Shown here in pieces: positions 39,788-49,465 of a DNA stretch of 64,000 bases. Position numbers and translations under genes: made by a program. Numbering within the stretch: position 1 is the stretch's first letter; the number at the start of each line of letters is the position of its first letter. This stretch comes from Candidatus Hydrogenedens sp. (GTDB lineage: Bacteria; Hydrogenedentota; Hydrogenedentia; Hydrogenedentales; Hydrogenedentaceae), in the NCBI GenBank assembly GCA_049968235.1, contig JBMFRC010000009.1:32001-96000 (forward strand), read 5' to 3'. The notes below the pieces were generated by a model, which worked only from the letters and a program-made list of their open reading frames with translations, ran no database searches and was not told the DNA's origin.

Positions 39788-40195
39788 ATGCGTAAACTCA
39801 CGGAATCATTTTATAGACATAAAAGATTTGTAAAATTTATACTGGCGGTGATTGTTGCAATTCATTTAGGTCTGCTGGAATCTGCATGGACTACTCCAAC
39901 AGCACCGGGAGCCGTAAAAGCAGAATTGGGAAATTTTGCTATTGCAGTAATTATGGTGATTGTTTGTTTTCCATGGGTATGGTGGGCTTTCGGATTAAGT
40001 ATGCTGGAAGAATTTATTCAAGTGTGGATTGGCAATGAGGGCAGATGGGTTCCCAATTGGGATTGGCTATTTCATCATTGGTCAGCAGGCTATTTCGGTG
40101 TGAACCTCTATCCCGTCTTAACATTTCCTCTGGCGTCAATTCTTATAGAACGCGGTTATTGGATATTTATCAGATATTCAAAACATAAAGAATAA
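39788..40195 (+). CDS. Small integral membrane protein (hypothetical)
   Basis: 135 aa, 3-4 predicted TM helices, Trp-rich; 8 nt after the FG-GAP gene. Confidence 0.4.
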   Translation: MRKLTESFYRHKRFVKFILAVIVAIHLGLLESAWTTPTAPGAVKAELGNFAIAVIMVIVCFPWVWWAFGLSMLEEFIQVWIGNEGRWVPNWDWLFHHWSAGYFGVNLYPVLTFPLASILIERGYWIFIRYSKHKE

Positions 40196-40365
40196 CTAGG
40201 ATAAGTTACAAAAATGTTTGTTTCACAATTTCTTTGACTACTACAATGTAGATAATTAAACGCAAAAAATTATTTTCTATATCATATTAGATGTTGGCAT
40301 AAATTTTGTTCATAACTTTTCAGGTGTGAAGAAAATTAAATAACAAATAAAAAAGGAATGTATAA

Positions 40366-41931
40366 ATGATAAAAAAAATCCTTCTTACACTTTTTATAAT
40401 TTCTTTTTTAAGTGTTTTGTCCTATGGAGAATTGGTTTCTGTTGAAATTGGAGGAAAACTTGAGATTTATGGTTTGTATTACCATGGTTTTATTGAACCG
40501 TCTGACCGGGATAGGATTCCGTCATGGGCTTTATCAGGTAGGACCATAGGACCTGATGGAACATACTCCGCTTATAGGACAGGAAGCGATTCCACTGGAA
40601 GTTCGTATGTTGAACAGAGGACCCGTCTCCATACTCGTGCAATGATGACCGATAATGTTTCCGCTTTTATTGAATTAGATTCAATTGATTCATGGGGAGA
40701 AGATTTTCGTTCTCAAGACTATTTAACAGGAAGAGACAATAGAGGTAATACCATTGATGATATTGAATTATTTCAAGCATATATACAATGTAAAGATATA
40801 GGAACTGAGGGTTTGACACTTACTATAGGAAGGCAAGCCATTGACTTAGGTTCAGGTTGGCTGGTAGGTTCAGACCCGGGACCTAATCCATTTACAGGGC
40901 TAAGTTTTGACGCAATCAGATTACAATATGAACAGGAATCGTATATACTGGATGTTTTTTATGCAAAACTTCTTGAAAGTATGAATTCATTTAATCATAA
41001 CGATGTCGATTTTGCGGGTATGTATTTTACCTGGAAGGAAATTATTGAAGGTAGTAGTATTGACCTTTATTATTTTCTGCTAAGGGATAATCGAAAGAAT
41101 GAAGTGACCTATGGAGACATTTTCCTGGAAACATTTGAGCGAATTTTGGACAGAGATAATCCATCCACCACTTATATTAATACAATAGGCGTGCGATTTT
41201 TTGGTGAATACAACAGCTTTGATTATGAAGTAGAATTTGCATATCAATGGGGAGAAAGTTCTGCTTTTGGTAATTTGTATGTTCCGGTTGATGGAATTTA
41301 TGGCGATAGTGGTGCGGATTGGGCATTACCTGCGGGTCATTTCGAAGTAGGATATACTATAGACGAGAAAAAATGGACACCCCGAGTTTATATAGGAGGA
41401 TGTTATTATGGAGCAGAAGATAATCGTTCTTTCTCATTTGTAGATTGGTTAACGGGAATAGGTGTCGGAGAAGCCAGTCCTTCATTTAATCGCTTATTTA
41501 CAGCAACCCGTGAAGATAATTTCATTGATTTATCCGGTATGACAAACTTCTGGCAATTGTATTCTGGGATATCTGTTGCACCTATCGAAAAAGTAGAAGT
41601 CGGGTTTGAAGTCGCTTATTTGCAAACAGTATCTGCTTTTGATAGACCTTATTCTTTTACAATTGGCAATGCAGAGTTTTATCCACTGAGTCCATTCTCA
41701 TTTTTAACAAGAACGAATAGTAAAGATATCGGCTGGCAAACACTCCTCAGTCTAACATATCAATATAGTGAAAACCTAAGTTTTGAAACCGGCTGGTCTC
41801 ATTTCTTCATTGGCGATGGACTAGTAAAAGGAACCTTTCTGGATAATTACGCTACCTCCTTTGTTTCTACTGTTAATGATGACGATGCCGATTTCTTTTA
41901 TTTATCAACAACAATCGAGTTTAATACTTAA
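40366..41931 (+). CDS. Putative outer-membrane beta-barrel protein (alginate-export/porin-like)
   Basis: Signal peptide, then alternating amphipathic beta-strand pattern rich in Y/G/F throughout 521 aa. Confidence 0.4.
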   Translation: MIKKILLTLFIISFLSVLSYGELVSVEIGGKLEIYGLYYHGFIEPSDRDRIPSWALSGRTIGPDGTYSAYRTGSDSTGSSYVEQRTRLHTRAMMTDNVSAFIELDSIDSWGEDFRSQDYLTGRDNRGNTIDDIELFQAYIQCKDIGTEGLTLTIGRQAIDLGSGWLVGSDPGPNPFTGLSFDAIRLQYEQESYILDVFYAKLLESMNSFNHNDVDFAGMYFTWKEIIEGSSIDLYYFLLRDNRKNEVTYGDIFLETFERILDRDNPSTTYINTIGVRFFGEYNSFDYEVEFAYQWGESSAFGNLYVPVDGIYGDSGADWALPAGHFEVGYTIDEKKWTPRVYIGGCYYGAEDNRSFSFVDWLTGIGVGEASPSFNRLFTATREDNFIDLSGMTNFWQLYSGISVAPIEKVEVGFEVAYLQTVSAFDRPYSFTIGNAEFYPLSPFSFLTRTNSKDIGWQTLLSLTYQYSENLSFETGWSHFFIGDGLVKGTFLDNYATSFVSTVNDDDADFFYLSTTIEFNT

Positions 41932-42530
41932 AACTTATCCTTAATAACAAATTCTTCATAGGGAAGTTGACCGGCACGAGGCCAGGCAGGTTTTATTGCT
42001 TTACCTACTGCGATCATCATAGCAATAACATGGTCAGGTGGAAGATTAATTAATTTACCCACAGCATCAAAGTCAAAACCTACCATCGGACAGGAGTCAT
42101 ATCCCATTGCTTTTGCGGAAAGCATTAATGTTTGCCCCGCTATTCCACAGGAACGCATTGCCTCATCTCTTTGAACAAGTTCTCGCCCACGATAATATTG
42201 GTCTATGGCTGGGATAACAAATTTTTGTATATCTTCAGGTGCATTTCTCCAGTATCGTTCAGGTTGCTTTTCCCATGATTTCACATCTGCACACAGCACA
42301 ACAAGCAGTGAAGCATCGGTTACCTGGGATTGATTCCATGCAACCTCGCGAATCTTCTTTCGTAATTCAGGGTTCTGCACCAATACAAAACGCCAATTCT
42401 GGATATTGAAGGAAGTCGGAGACAAAAGCACCAAAGACATCAACTTTTTTATCTCTTCTTCTGTCATTTTGTGATTTGGGTCAAAATGTTTTACTGCCCT
42501 TCGTTGTTCAATGGCTTCAAAAACATTCAT
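41928..42530 (-). CDS. NAD(P)H nitroreductase family protein
   Basis: ..RRAVKHFDPNHKMTEEEIKKL.. and ..SFNIQNWRFVLV.. nitroreductase motifs; 200 aa. Confidence 0.8.
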   Translation of the reverse strand: MNVFEAIEQRRAVKHFDPNHKMTEEEIKKLMSLVLLSPTSFNIQNWRFVLVQNPELRKKIREVAWNQSQVTDASLLVVLCADVKSWEKQPERYWRNAPEDIQKFVIPAIDQYYRGRELVQRDEAMRSCGIAGQTLMLSAKAMGYDSCPMVGFDFDAVGKLINLPPDHVIAMMIAVGKAIKPAWPRAGQLPYEEFVIKDKF

Positions 42531-42619
42531 TATTTATATTCCTTTTTATACAGTTATAATTTTTGCATTGTTATGGTCTGGATTTATAACAAAATAAAAA
42601 ATGTTTTTATTCAAAAAGG

Positions 42620-44308
42620 TCATTTCACAGTATTTTGAAAATAATCACAACATTTTTTGATTTTCTTTGTCATTAATGTTGAACGCTCATATCCGCCTCG
42701 ATAAATATTTAATGTCTGTTTTGCCAATTCCAGTGGATTACTTCCTTCCAGATTATCTCGTTCAAATTTCGTAACAAGGGTAATAGGTTTTAAATATGAA
42801 TTTAATTCCCCATAGATTCGTATTTGTTCGTCAATTTCGGATAATAATTTAACCTGTTCACGTGCTTTTATAATCTTGCTATCCGCTATAGTATTTTTTA
42901 ATTGTTCTGTAATATGAATTCCCTGTTTATATTTTCCCGCCAATTCCTCAAAAGAATTTCGAAATTCCTTGTTCCATACCGCAAGAGTTTTTGCATCGGG
43001 AGTATTATAAAATTGGAAAAATTTGTGAAGATTATCCGATTCTGTTTGTTTATGGGGATTCACATTAAGATGTTCCAGCCACATTAACCGATAGGCAAAG
43101 CGTAGAAAATCTTTCTCATCAATTTCTCGACGAATAACGGGATAAAATTGCAGACAACCATCGGGAGCAAATTCCGAGATATGAACATTTACATTATCCA
43201 TATCGGGTGTAAGTTCATGCTGAATTAATTGTTTCTTCTTACGCGTGGAGAAAAGCCAATCAATTGCTTTGAGGACCTGCTCAGGTTGTATCTTATCTAA
43301 AGGATGAACATCGGAAGACTTTGAAGAAATATCCATCTTAAAAGAACGTTCTCTCATTTCGATAGCACAATTTCCTACGCCATAGGGACCTGTTTCGCGA
43401 AAATGCACATAGCCAACAGACACAAGCATTACAGGACATTTTACTGCCGATGCAAGATGCATAGTGCCTGTATCATTGGTTACTAATAAATGGGAGCGTT
43501 TTAATAATCCTGCCAACTGTGGAATGGTCGTTTTACCAAAAAGCGGAATTGCCAGACCGGGAACTTCCTTTTGAAATCTTTGACCCAATTCCGCTTCTGA
43601 TGGAATACCTACAAGAAATATCCGTGCCCTGCACTTTTCATGTAACTTTTTCCCTAATTGTGCAAAATATTCCGCAGGCCAACGTTTATTCGTTTCACTG
43701 GCACCCAGTTGCATACATACAACAAAATCTTCGGGTGTAATATGATACTCCGCAAAGAGATGGTCTGTAAATTCCATTGCATTAGAATTCACCTCAAAGG
43801 TGAGTTCTTTTACAGGTTCGGGTATCGGTTCATAGAGTTTGAATATATCGCATAAGTTCAAATCATTATAATCCCGAGAAAGAACGCTGGTAAAGAAGTA
43901 AACCGTCCACGGTCCCCGTAATGTGAATTGCCAATCTTCGGATAAATGTGCCCCGATAACTTTAGGAATTTGTGCCAATTTTAATAACAAAGCGGAAGAT
44001 GTGCTGTGAGTTATGTTATAAGCAATATCAAAGTTCCGTTGTCGTAAATCAAGAATTAACTTTTCTACCTCTTTGTATGCATTTAAATATCGGTCTGAAT
44101 CTCTCGCAATCATATCGGAGAAAATGGGGTCTTCTTGATAAATAATATAATCATTTACATCCGTATTGGCTTTAATAACCTCTTCACTCATTGCCCGTAT
44201 CATAACAGTAATATGGGCATCTGGATATTTAATACGAATCTGACGGAATAGGGGGGTGGTCTGAATTGTATCGCCAATCCTTGCAGTTTGCAAAACAAGT
44301 ATTTTCAC
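42620..44308 (-). CDS. Glycosyltransferase family 9 (heptosyltransferase-like) with ~180-aa C-terminal extension
   Basis: ..MKILVLQTARIGDTIQTTPLF.., ..KRWPAEYFAQLGKKL..IFLVGIPSE.., ..HLLVTNDTGTMHLASAV..PVMLVSVG.. GT9 motifs; 562 aa versus ~330-350 for LPS heptosyltransferases. Confidence 0.7.
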   Translation of the reverse strand: MKILVLQTARIGDTIQTTPLFRQIRIKYPDAHITVMIRAMSEEVIKANTDVNDYIIYQEDPIFSDMIARDSDRYLNAYKEVEKLILDLRQRNFDIAYNITHSTSSALLLKLAQIPKVIGAHLSEDWQFTLRGPWTVYFFTSVLSRDYNDLNLCDIFKLYEPIPEPVKELTFEVNSNAMEFTDHLFAEYHITPEDFVVCMQLGASETNKRWPAEYFAQLGKKLHEKCRARIFLVGIPSEAELGQRFQKEVPGLAIPLFGKTTIPQLAGLLKRSHLLVTNDTGTMHLASAVKCPVMLVSVGYVHFRETGPYGVGNCAIEMRERSFKMDISSKSSDVHPLDKIQPEQVLKAIDWLFSTRKKKQLIQHELTPDMDNVNVHISEFAPDGCLQFYPVIRREIDEKDFLRFAYRLMWLEHLNVNPHKQTESDNLHKFFQFYNTPDAKTLAVWNKEFRNSFEELAGKYKQGIHITEQLKNTIADSKIIKAREQVKLLSEIDEQIRIYGELNSYLKPITLVTKFERDNLEGSNPLELAKQTLNIYRGGYERSTLMTKKIKKCCDYFQNTVK

Positions 44309-44310
44309 AG

Positions 44311-46095
44311 TTATTTCTCCCGTAGCAGATTTTCACCAAAAATACGAACTTCATTCAAATACCAGAATACCTGAACAGGTAATGGAACATTATCATCCAG
44401 AATAGGCAAATGTTTATTAATTTCCTCCTGTAAAAAGGGTATGTCCTGAGGTAGTTTTGCAAGCCATTGTCCCAGAGGGCTATCTTTTCCATATCGTTCG
44501 ATGATTTCTCCTACAGTTCTCTGTATACGCATTCCCTTCCTCATGATTTTTCCACCATAATATTCTTTAATATAATCCAACATTTGATTGGCACGGTGCT
44601 CATAAGTATGCTCTTTTAAAGCCCGTTTTTGTGCATTTTGGGCTATCTGCTTTCTTTCTTCTTCATGTTGCAAAAAATAGTCTATTTTATTCCGAAGTGT
44701 TTTTAAGTCTGTATAGGTAGGGATTTCATTTTGAGTATCAAATAAATTTTCTAATCCCTTACAGGGGTCGCAAAGTTGAAATCCACCTGCTGATGCAATT
44801 TCAAATACGCGGGGATTGATAGCATCAGCCTCCGGGTCAACTCCTTCATGAATGACACTGGAATGAAGGTTTAGGTTAATCTTTGACCCAGCCACAATTT
44901 TCATATATTCTTCTGTATTAAACCCTTTATTCCCTTCTACCACATGAGGGAGCAATTCTAATTCATTCCAGTTTACTCCCCATATTTTTAAGTTGTAATC
45001 AGTTAGTCCTTTTAACATCTTAATACGATTATAATATCCTGCCCCTGCAAAGGATAAATCACACCTGTATTTTTTCTCTTCGTCTGGACTTAAAGAGACA
45101 GGTGCATGAAGTTCCGGATCACATGCGGTAAATATAGGGAAATGGCAATTACAACCAATAGCATCCAATTTGTTATCAAACTCTCCGGGTTGAATATGAA
45201 AAAATAAATTATAAAAAGGTGCTATTTCTTTCCAGTAACTAAGGTGCCGCCAGTTCTCCACAAACCAGAATGCAGTTACAATTCCTCGTTCATTCAATCT
45301 TGAAACAAATAAGTTTGTAACGGGAGCCTGCGCCATAACAATACAAATCTCCGGCTGAAATTCTAATACTTGAGCCAGGCACCATTCAGAAAGAAACTTT
45401 GTATAGAAATCTTCAAGCGAATGAGCAATTCGGGTTGTTTTCAGAGTTTTGCCGATAGCATTAAAGACATTCCACGCTATTTCAGTATCTACAAGAAGTG
45501 TTTGATGACCCAATTTCCGAAAAGCCTGATTTAAATATCGAGTAATAGGAAGAGAACCTCCATACATAGGACCTACAATGGCAATGTTGAAGTGTTGTCG
45601 GTTGAAGCATTCCCGGGATATTCGTTTAATTAACATTTCGCAAAATTCAGGATAAATCCGACTTACAACAGGATGGAAAAAAGGTTGAGGTATTTTATCA
45701 AGATAATCATTGAAGAAAGAATCATTAAAAAGGCAATCTAATGTATCAGGAATGGCAAGTAATAGGTCATCAGGTAATAGATTATTTTGAATGGCTGTAA
45801 ATGCTACGTCTTTATCGGGTTCAATGACAATAATTTTATATTCTTTCTGAATGAGTTCCTGGATATGATAACCCAATCCCAGCCCAACAACAACTACAGG
45901 CCGCTTTTTATCCAGAGAAGAACCTTCTACTAATTTTTTGGCTTCCTCTATGGGATTGTATTGGCTGTGATAAAGAAGTCCTGTTATACGAATTGTTTTT
46001 ATACCTTTGCGTTTTTCGACCAATTCAACGCGTTCACTCCTATAATTTTCAGGAATTTCTTTTCTCCATTCTGCAATAGATTTAAACATCTTCAT
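44311..46095 (-). CDS. Two-domain protein: N-terminal Rossmann-like domain (GLGLGYH motif, possibly Maf/MptE-like) + C-terminal CgeB-family (Glyco_trans_1_2) glycosyltransferase domain
   Basis: ..RPVVVVGLGLGYHIQELIQKEYKIIVIEPDKDVAF..; C-terminal ..KINLNLHS..NPRVFEIASAGGFQLCD.. and ..KEHTYEHRANQMLDYI.. CgeB-like. 2-nt gap to downstream GT9 gene. Confidence 0.55.
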   Translation of the reverse strand: MKMFKSIAEWRKEIPENYRSERVELVEKRKGIKTIRITGLLYHSQYNPIEEAKKLVEGSSLDKKRPVVVVGLGLGYHIQELIQKEYKIIVIEPDKDVAFTAIQNNLLPDDLLLAIPDTLDCLFNDSFFNDYLDKIPQPFFHPVVSRIYPEFCEMLIKRISRECFNRQHFNIAIVGPMYGGSLPITRYLNQAFRKLGHQTLLVDTEIAWNVFNAIGKTLKTTRIAHSLEDFYTKFLSEWCLAQVLEFQPEICIVMAQAPVTNLFVSRLNERGIVTAFWFVENWRHLSYWKEIAPFYNLFFHIQPGEFDNKLDAIGCNCHFPIFTACDPELHAPVSLSPDEEKKYRCDLSFAGAGYYNRIKMLKGLTDYNLKIWGVNWNELELLPHVVEGNKGFNTEEYMKIVAGSKINLNLHSSVIHEGVDPEADAINPRVFEIASAGGFQLCDPCKGLENLFDTQNEIPTYTDLKTLRNKIDYFLQHEEERKQIAQNAQKRALKEHTYEHRANQMLDYIKEYYGGKIMRKGMRIQRTVGEIIERYGKDSPLGQWLAKLPQDIPFLQEEINKHLPILDDNVPLPVQVFWYLNEVRIFGENLLREK

Positions 46096-46120
46096 AAGAT
46101 ATGCCTCTTACTTCAATCTT

Positions 46121-49100
46121 TCATAATGATTCCAATCGTTTTAATTCCTTTCCCAGTACATTATCACTCCCAAATAACGCTATATGCTCCTTTATCATAT
46201 TTACTGCTTCCTTTACCCTGTGATGTTGAGATAGGAAAGTCGAATACTTCAGGATAAGTGAAACATCTCCGGGGTAGAAATCTATAAACGCTTTAATTGT
46301 TTGTTCCGCAGATTCGATATAGCCTAATTGTTCGCATACATAAATATATAGGTCAAGAATCCCCGGATAATCATAACTGTTCGAAAAGGCATAATTTAAG
46401 TGTTTATAAGATTCGTGCATATTCCCTGATTGTAAATATCCCTGTCCCATGGCAAGGTGCAGACGAATATTCTCAGGTTCTTCTTGGAATACTTTTCCCA
46501 ATAATTCTAACGCTGTTTGCGTTTGATTCATTGCTAATAATAGCAGTCCATAATCTATATGTAATTCATTATTTTTTTCAATTTCTAATGCTTTCAGATA
46601 ACATTCTTGTGCTTTTACAAGGTTACCCGTGTGAGCATACGCTTTCCCTTCAATACTGTATCGTTTCCATAGAGGCAAGTCGCTTTCTGTTTTTGCAAGT
46701 TCAAATAACAGGTCCGTTCTCCCTGCTTCCAATAATTTGCGAACCTGTTCATTGATTTCATTTATATCCGAAGGGAGTTTTTGTGCAATAACGATATATT
46801 GGAAGGTGCGGAACACCTCATATTCTTCGTCGCTGATTTTATCAATACAAATTTTACCCATGTGTAAATTCCCATTTTCATCACGGGGTATTATGTCCTC
46901 AGATGCTATGGAAAGAGGTCCAATAGCATTAATCAGGAGACCTGTTTTACGAATAAATTCTTGTAAAGTATCTCTCGTGTAAAATTTCAAATGAGTTATA
47001 TCCTGAATTCCGGAATCACGATAGTCCCACCTCCCAAGAGATAAACCAAAAATAACACCCCAATATTGGACATTAGGAATGCTGATGATAACATAACCAT
47101 ACGGTTTTAGATAACGAATTAAATTTCGCAATGCTTTCTCGGGGTGTTCTGTATGTTCTAATACATCACAACAGGTAATTACATCAAAATAATCATTTTC
47201 AAATGGGAAATCATCCTTCTCAATATTTCCAATAAAAACTTTATCTAAAACCTTTTTGGCAATTTCAGCAATGTCAGGTACAATTTCTATTCCTACCACT
47301 TCCTCCACACCCAATTCACGTTTCATTGCTAATCCAAAATTCCCTGTAGCACAGCCAATATCGAGAACCTTTTTTGTCCCATCGGGAATATATTTTAAGA
47401 CCTCTCTTCTCTCAGAAGAGTAATAGTTTATAGGTTTAATTTCCAATCGTTTCGCTTTTGTTGTATCAATCTTGAAAATTTCCTCTACCTTCTTAATAAT
47501 CTGTTGGCACCTATGGTAATAAGTATGACTCTCTAATACCTTTTGTTGTCCCTGCCTTGCGATTTGCTCTCGTTCCTCTTTATGCTCCAGATAATACCGA
47601 ATTTTTTCAATTAAGTCCTTTTCATTTTCATAAATAACAAGATCTTTACCATCCTCAAACAATTCCAGAATACTATCTGCAGGGTCTGTAACTAGTAAAG
47701 CACCTCCTGCCATACCTTCAAATACTCTCATGTTTAAATCGTAATTAATTGCAGAATTCACAACAATTTTACTTCTTGAATACACTTCCCCCATTTCAAG
47801 AGGCCATTTTTTACCAATATAATGATTTGGAAATATTTCGGCTACTTTCATTAATAACCTTCTTCTTTTATCTCCTTCATCAGGCGATAAACTACCTACA
47901 TAAGAAACATCTATGTCACGAGACAATTCTTTTTGGGGATATAGTTCAGGACAACATGCAAGAGGTAGCCAGAAGACATAACGGACACCCTGCTCCTTAA
48001 AAAGTTTGACATGACTTTGTTGAGCCAGAAACACAATGTCAAAATGCTTTGCTATTTCCAACCGTGTTTGAAAGTCCAGGTGGGTATCAATAAGATACGC
48101 CACACGAGGAATATTGAGCATGTCTATCATAGGGTCAACTGTTTTAAGACCGGAATCAACATAGATATAAAAATCTGATGGATATCCTGATGGAATACCT
48201 GCTAAAAGATTCTCTATGCGTTTATCGCCAAAGGAGGTAGGAATCCTTTGCGGAGGATATGGTGGAGGATTTTGAAATCCCCACTTATATAACAAATCTT
48301 CAGGACATCGAAAACCCGATGTTATAACATCATGGTCTTTTTCAAAGGCAAATTCAAAATATCGGGCTGTTGTGTGGGGTGAAGTTATATAATCTAATAT
48401 AATGCGATAGTGCTTTTTCGCTGTTGATGGTTTTGTTATCTGAATAGAAGTGGTTTCTTTTCCACTTTGTTTCAATATTATCTTCTGCCAATTATCAACA
48501 AATTGAGATATAGGAAATTTCTTTTGAACAGTTTCTCTACCTCGTGTTCCTATTTCCCTGGCTAAGTCCGGATTTCCTAAGAGGAGTTCCAGATATTTGC
48601 GTAGCTGTGCTGGGTCAAAAGAAGTAAAGCCATCTACTCCATTTGTAATAGGAGAAGAACGATTGTTTAGAGCAACCACTGGCATACCACAAGCCATTGC
48701 CTCTAATGTAGAAAGATTATATCCATCTTCAAATTCCTGACGGGTGATATGTAATAGACAGCGGTTCAAACGATATGCAGACAGCAATTCTTCAAAGTTT
48801 ATAGATGGCTTTGAATTTTCAACCCCCGGATTTTCTCCCACAATAATATTGGGTAATCCCTTGCAGAGAGCCTCCTGTAATGGGAAATCAAACATCCAGT
48901 TCCGCACCTGCATATAATTGCCTACTCGCAAAATTACTTCTTTACTCCCCGCATAGCCTCCATATTCTTCTATATCAATTCCGGGTAGAACCACATACCC
49001 CGGATAACCATAATCATCTCTTTTAGAAGGGGAAATAAATACGAAAGTGAATCGTTCAGATAGGATATTTATGACCTTCTCAAAATTATTAACAACAAAA

Positions 49101-49426
49101 ACATCGTTCTTTGGGAGTGTTGTTTTCAGATAGGTTTTTCTGTTATGACATACAAGAATTTTAGGGCAATTTGCTTCGCGAATATCCCAGGCATTTGTTT
49201 CATTATGTGCAATAACAATATCATAATAGCCTTTAAAAACTCGTTCCCGCCACTCATTTTCAGGGACTTCATGTAAATTTTCAGGTATAGGTCGAAATTC
49301 CGTTTTCCACTTTCGAGCAAGCAGTCCCTCGCTATATAACCCCAAATCCATCTCAAACCCTGTTTTTGCCATCAAACACATGTAAGGCTCATGAAAATTA
49401 AAGGTTAAGATTTTAAGTTGTCCCAT
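46121..49426 (-). CDS. 1101-aa multidomain protein: GT-B (GT4-like) glycosyltransferase + CgeB-family glycosyltransferase + class I SAM-dependent methyltransferase + C-terminal TPR repeats
   Basis: ..EDGYNLSTLEAMACGMPVVA.. (GT4 C-terminal motif); ..NMRVFEGMAGGALLVTD..KVLESHTYYHRCQQII.. (CgeB); ..KVLDIGCATGNFGL..FDVITCCDVLEHTEHPEKAL..LKPYGYVIISIPN.. (methyltransferase motifs I-III); TPR-like helical repeats in the last ~250 aa. Confidence 0.7.
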   Translation of the reverse strand: MGQLKILTFNFHEPYMCLMAKTGFEMDLGLYSEGLLARKWKTEFRPIPENLHEVPENEWRERVFKGYYDIVIAHNETNAWDIREANCPKILVCHNRKTYLKTTLPKNDVFVVNNFEKVINILSERFTFVFISPSKRDDYGYPGYVVLPGIDIEEYGGYAGSKEVILRVGNYMQVRNWMFDFPLQEALCKGLPNIIVGENPGVENSKPSINFEELLSAYRLNRCLLHITRQEFEDGYNLSTLEAMACGMPVVALNNRSSPITNGVDGFTSFDPAQLRKYLELLLGNPDLAREIGTRGRETVQKKFPISQFVDNWQKIILKQSGKETTSIQITKPSTAKKHYRIILDYITSPHTTARYFEFAFEKDHDVITSGFRCPEDLLYKWGFQNPPPYPPQRIPTSFGDKRIENLLAGIPSGYPSDFYIYVDSGLKTVDPMIDMLNIPRVAYLIDTHLDFQTRLEIAKHFDIVFLAQQSHVKLFKEQGVRYVFWLPLACCPELYPQKELSRDIDVSYVGSLSPDEGDKRRRLLMKVAEIFPNHYIGKKWPLEMGEVYSRSKIVVNSAINYDLNMRVFEGMAGGALLVTDPADSILELFEDGKDLVIYENEKDLIEKIRYYLEHKEEREQIARQGQQKVLESHTYYHRCQQIIKKVEEIFKIDTTKAKRLEIKPINYYSSERREVLKYIPDGTKKVLDIGCATGNFGLAMKRELGVEEVVGIEIVPDIAEIAKKVLDKVFIGNIEKDDFPFENDYFDVITCCDVLEHTEHPEKALRNLIRYLKPYGYVIISIPNVQYWGVIFGLSLGRWDYRDSGIQDITHLKFYTRDTLQEFIRKTGLLINAIGPLSIASEDIIPRDENGNLHMGKICIDKISDEEYEVFRTFQYIVIAQKLPSDINEINEQVRKLLEAGRTDLLFELAKTESDLPLWKRYSIEGKAYAHTGNLVKAQECYLKALEIEKNNELHIDYGLLLLAMNQTQTALELLGKVFQEEPENIRLHLAMGQGYLQSGNMHESYKHLNYAFSNSYDYPGILDLYIYVCEQLGYIESAEQTIKAFIDFYPGDVSLILKYSTFLSQHHRVKEAVNMIKEHIALFGSDNVLGKELKRLESL

Positions 49427-49465
49427 GTTTCCTTTCTATTCTTTTATCTATGAAAATTAAACATT

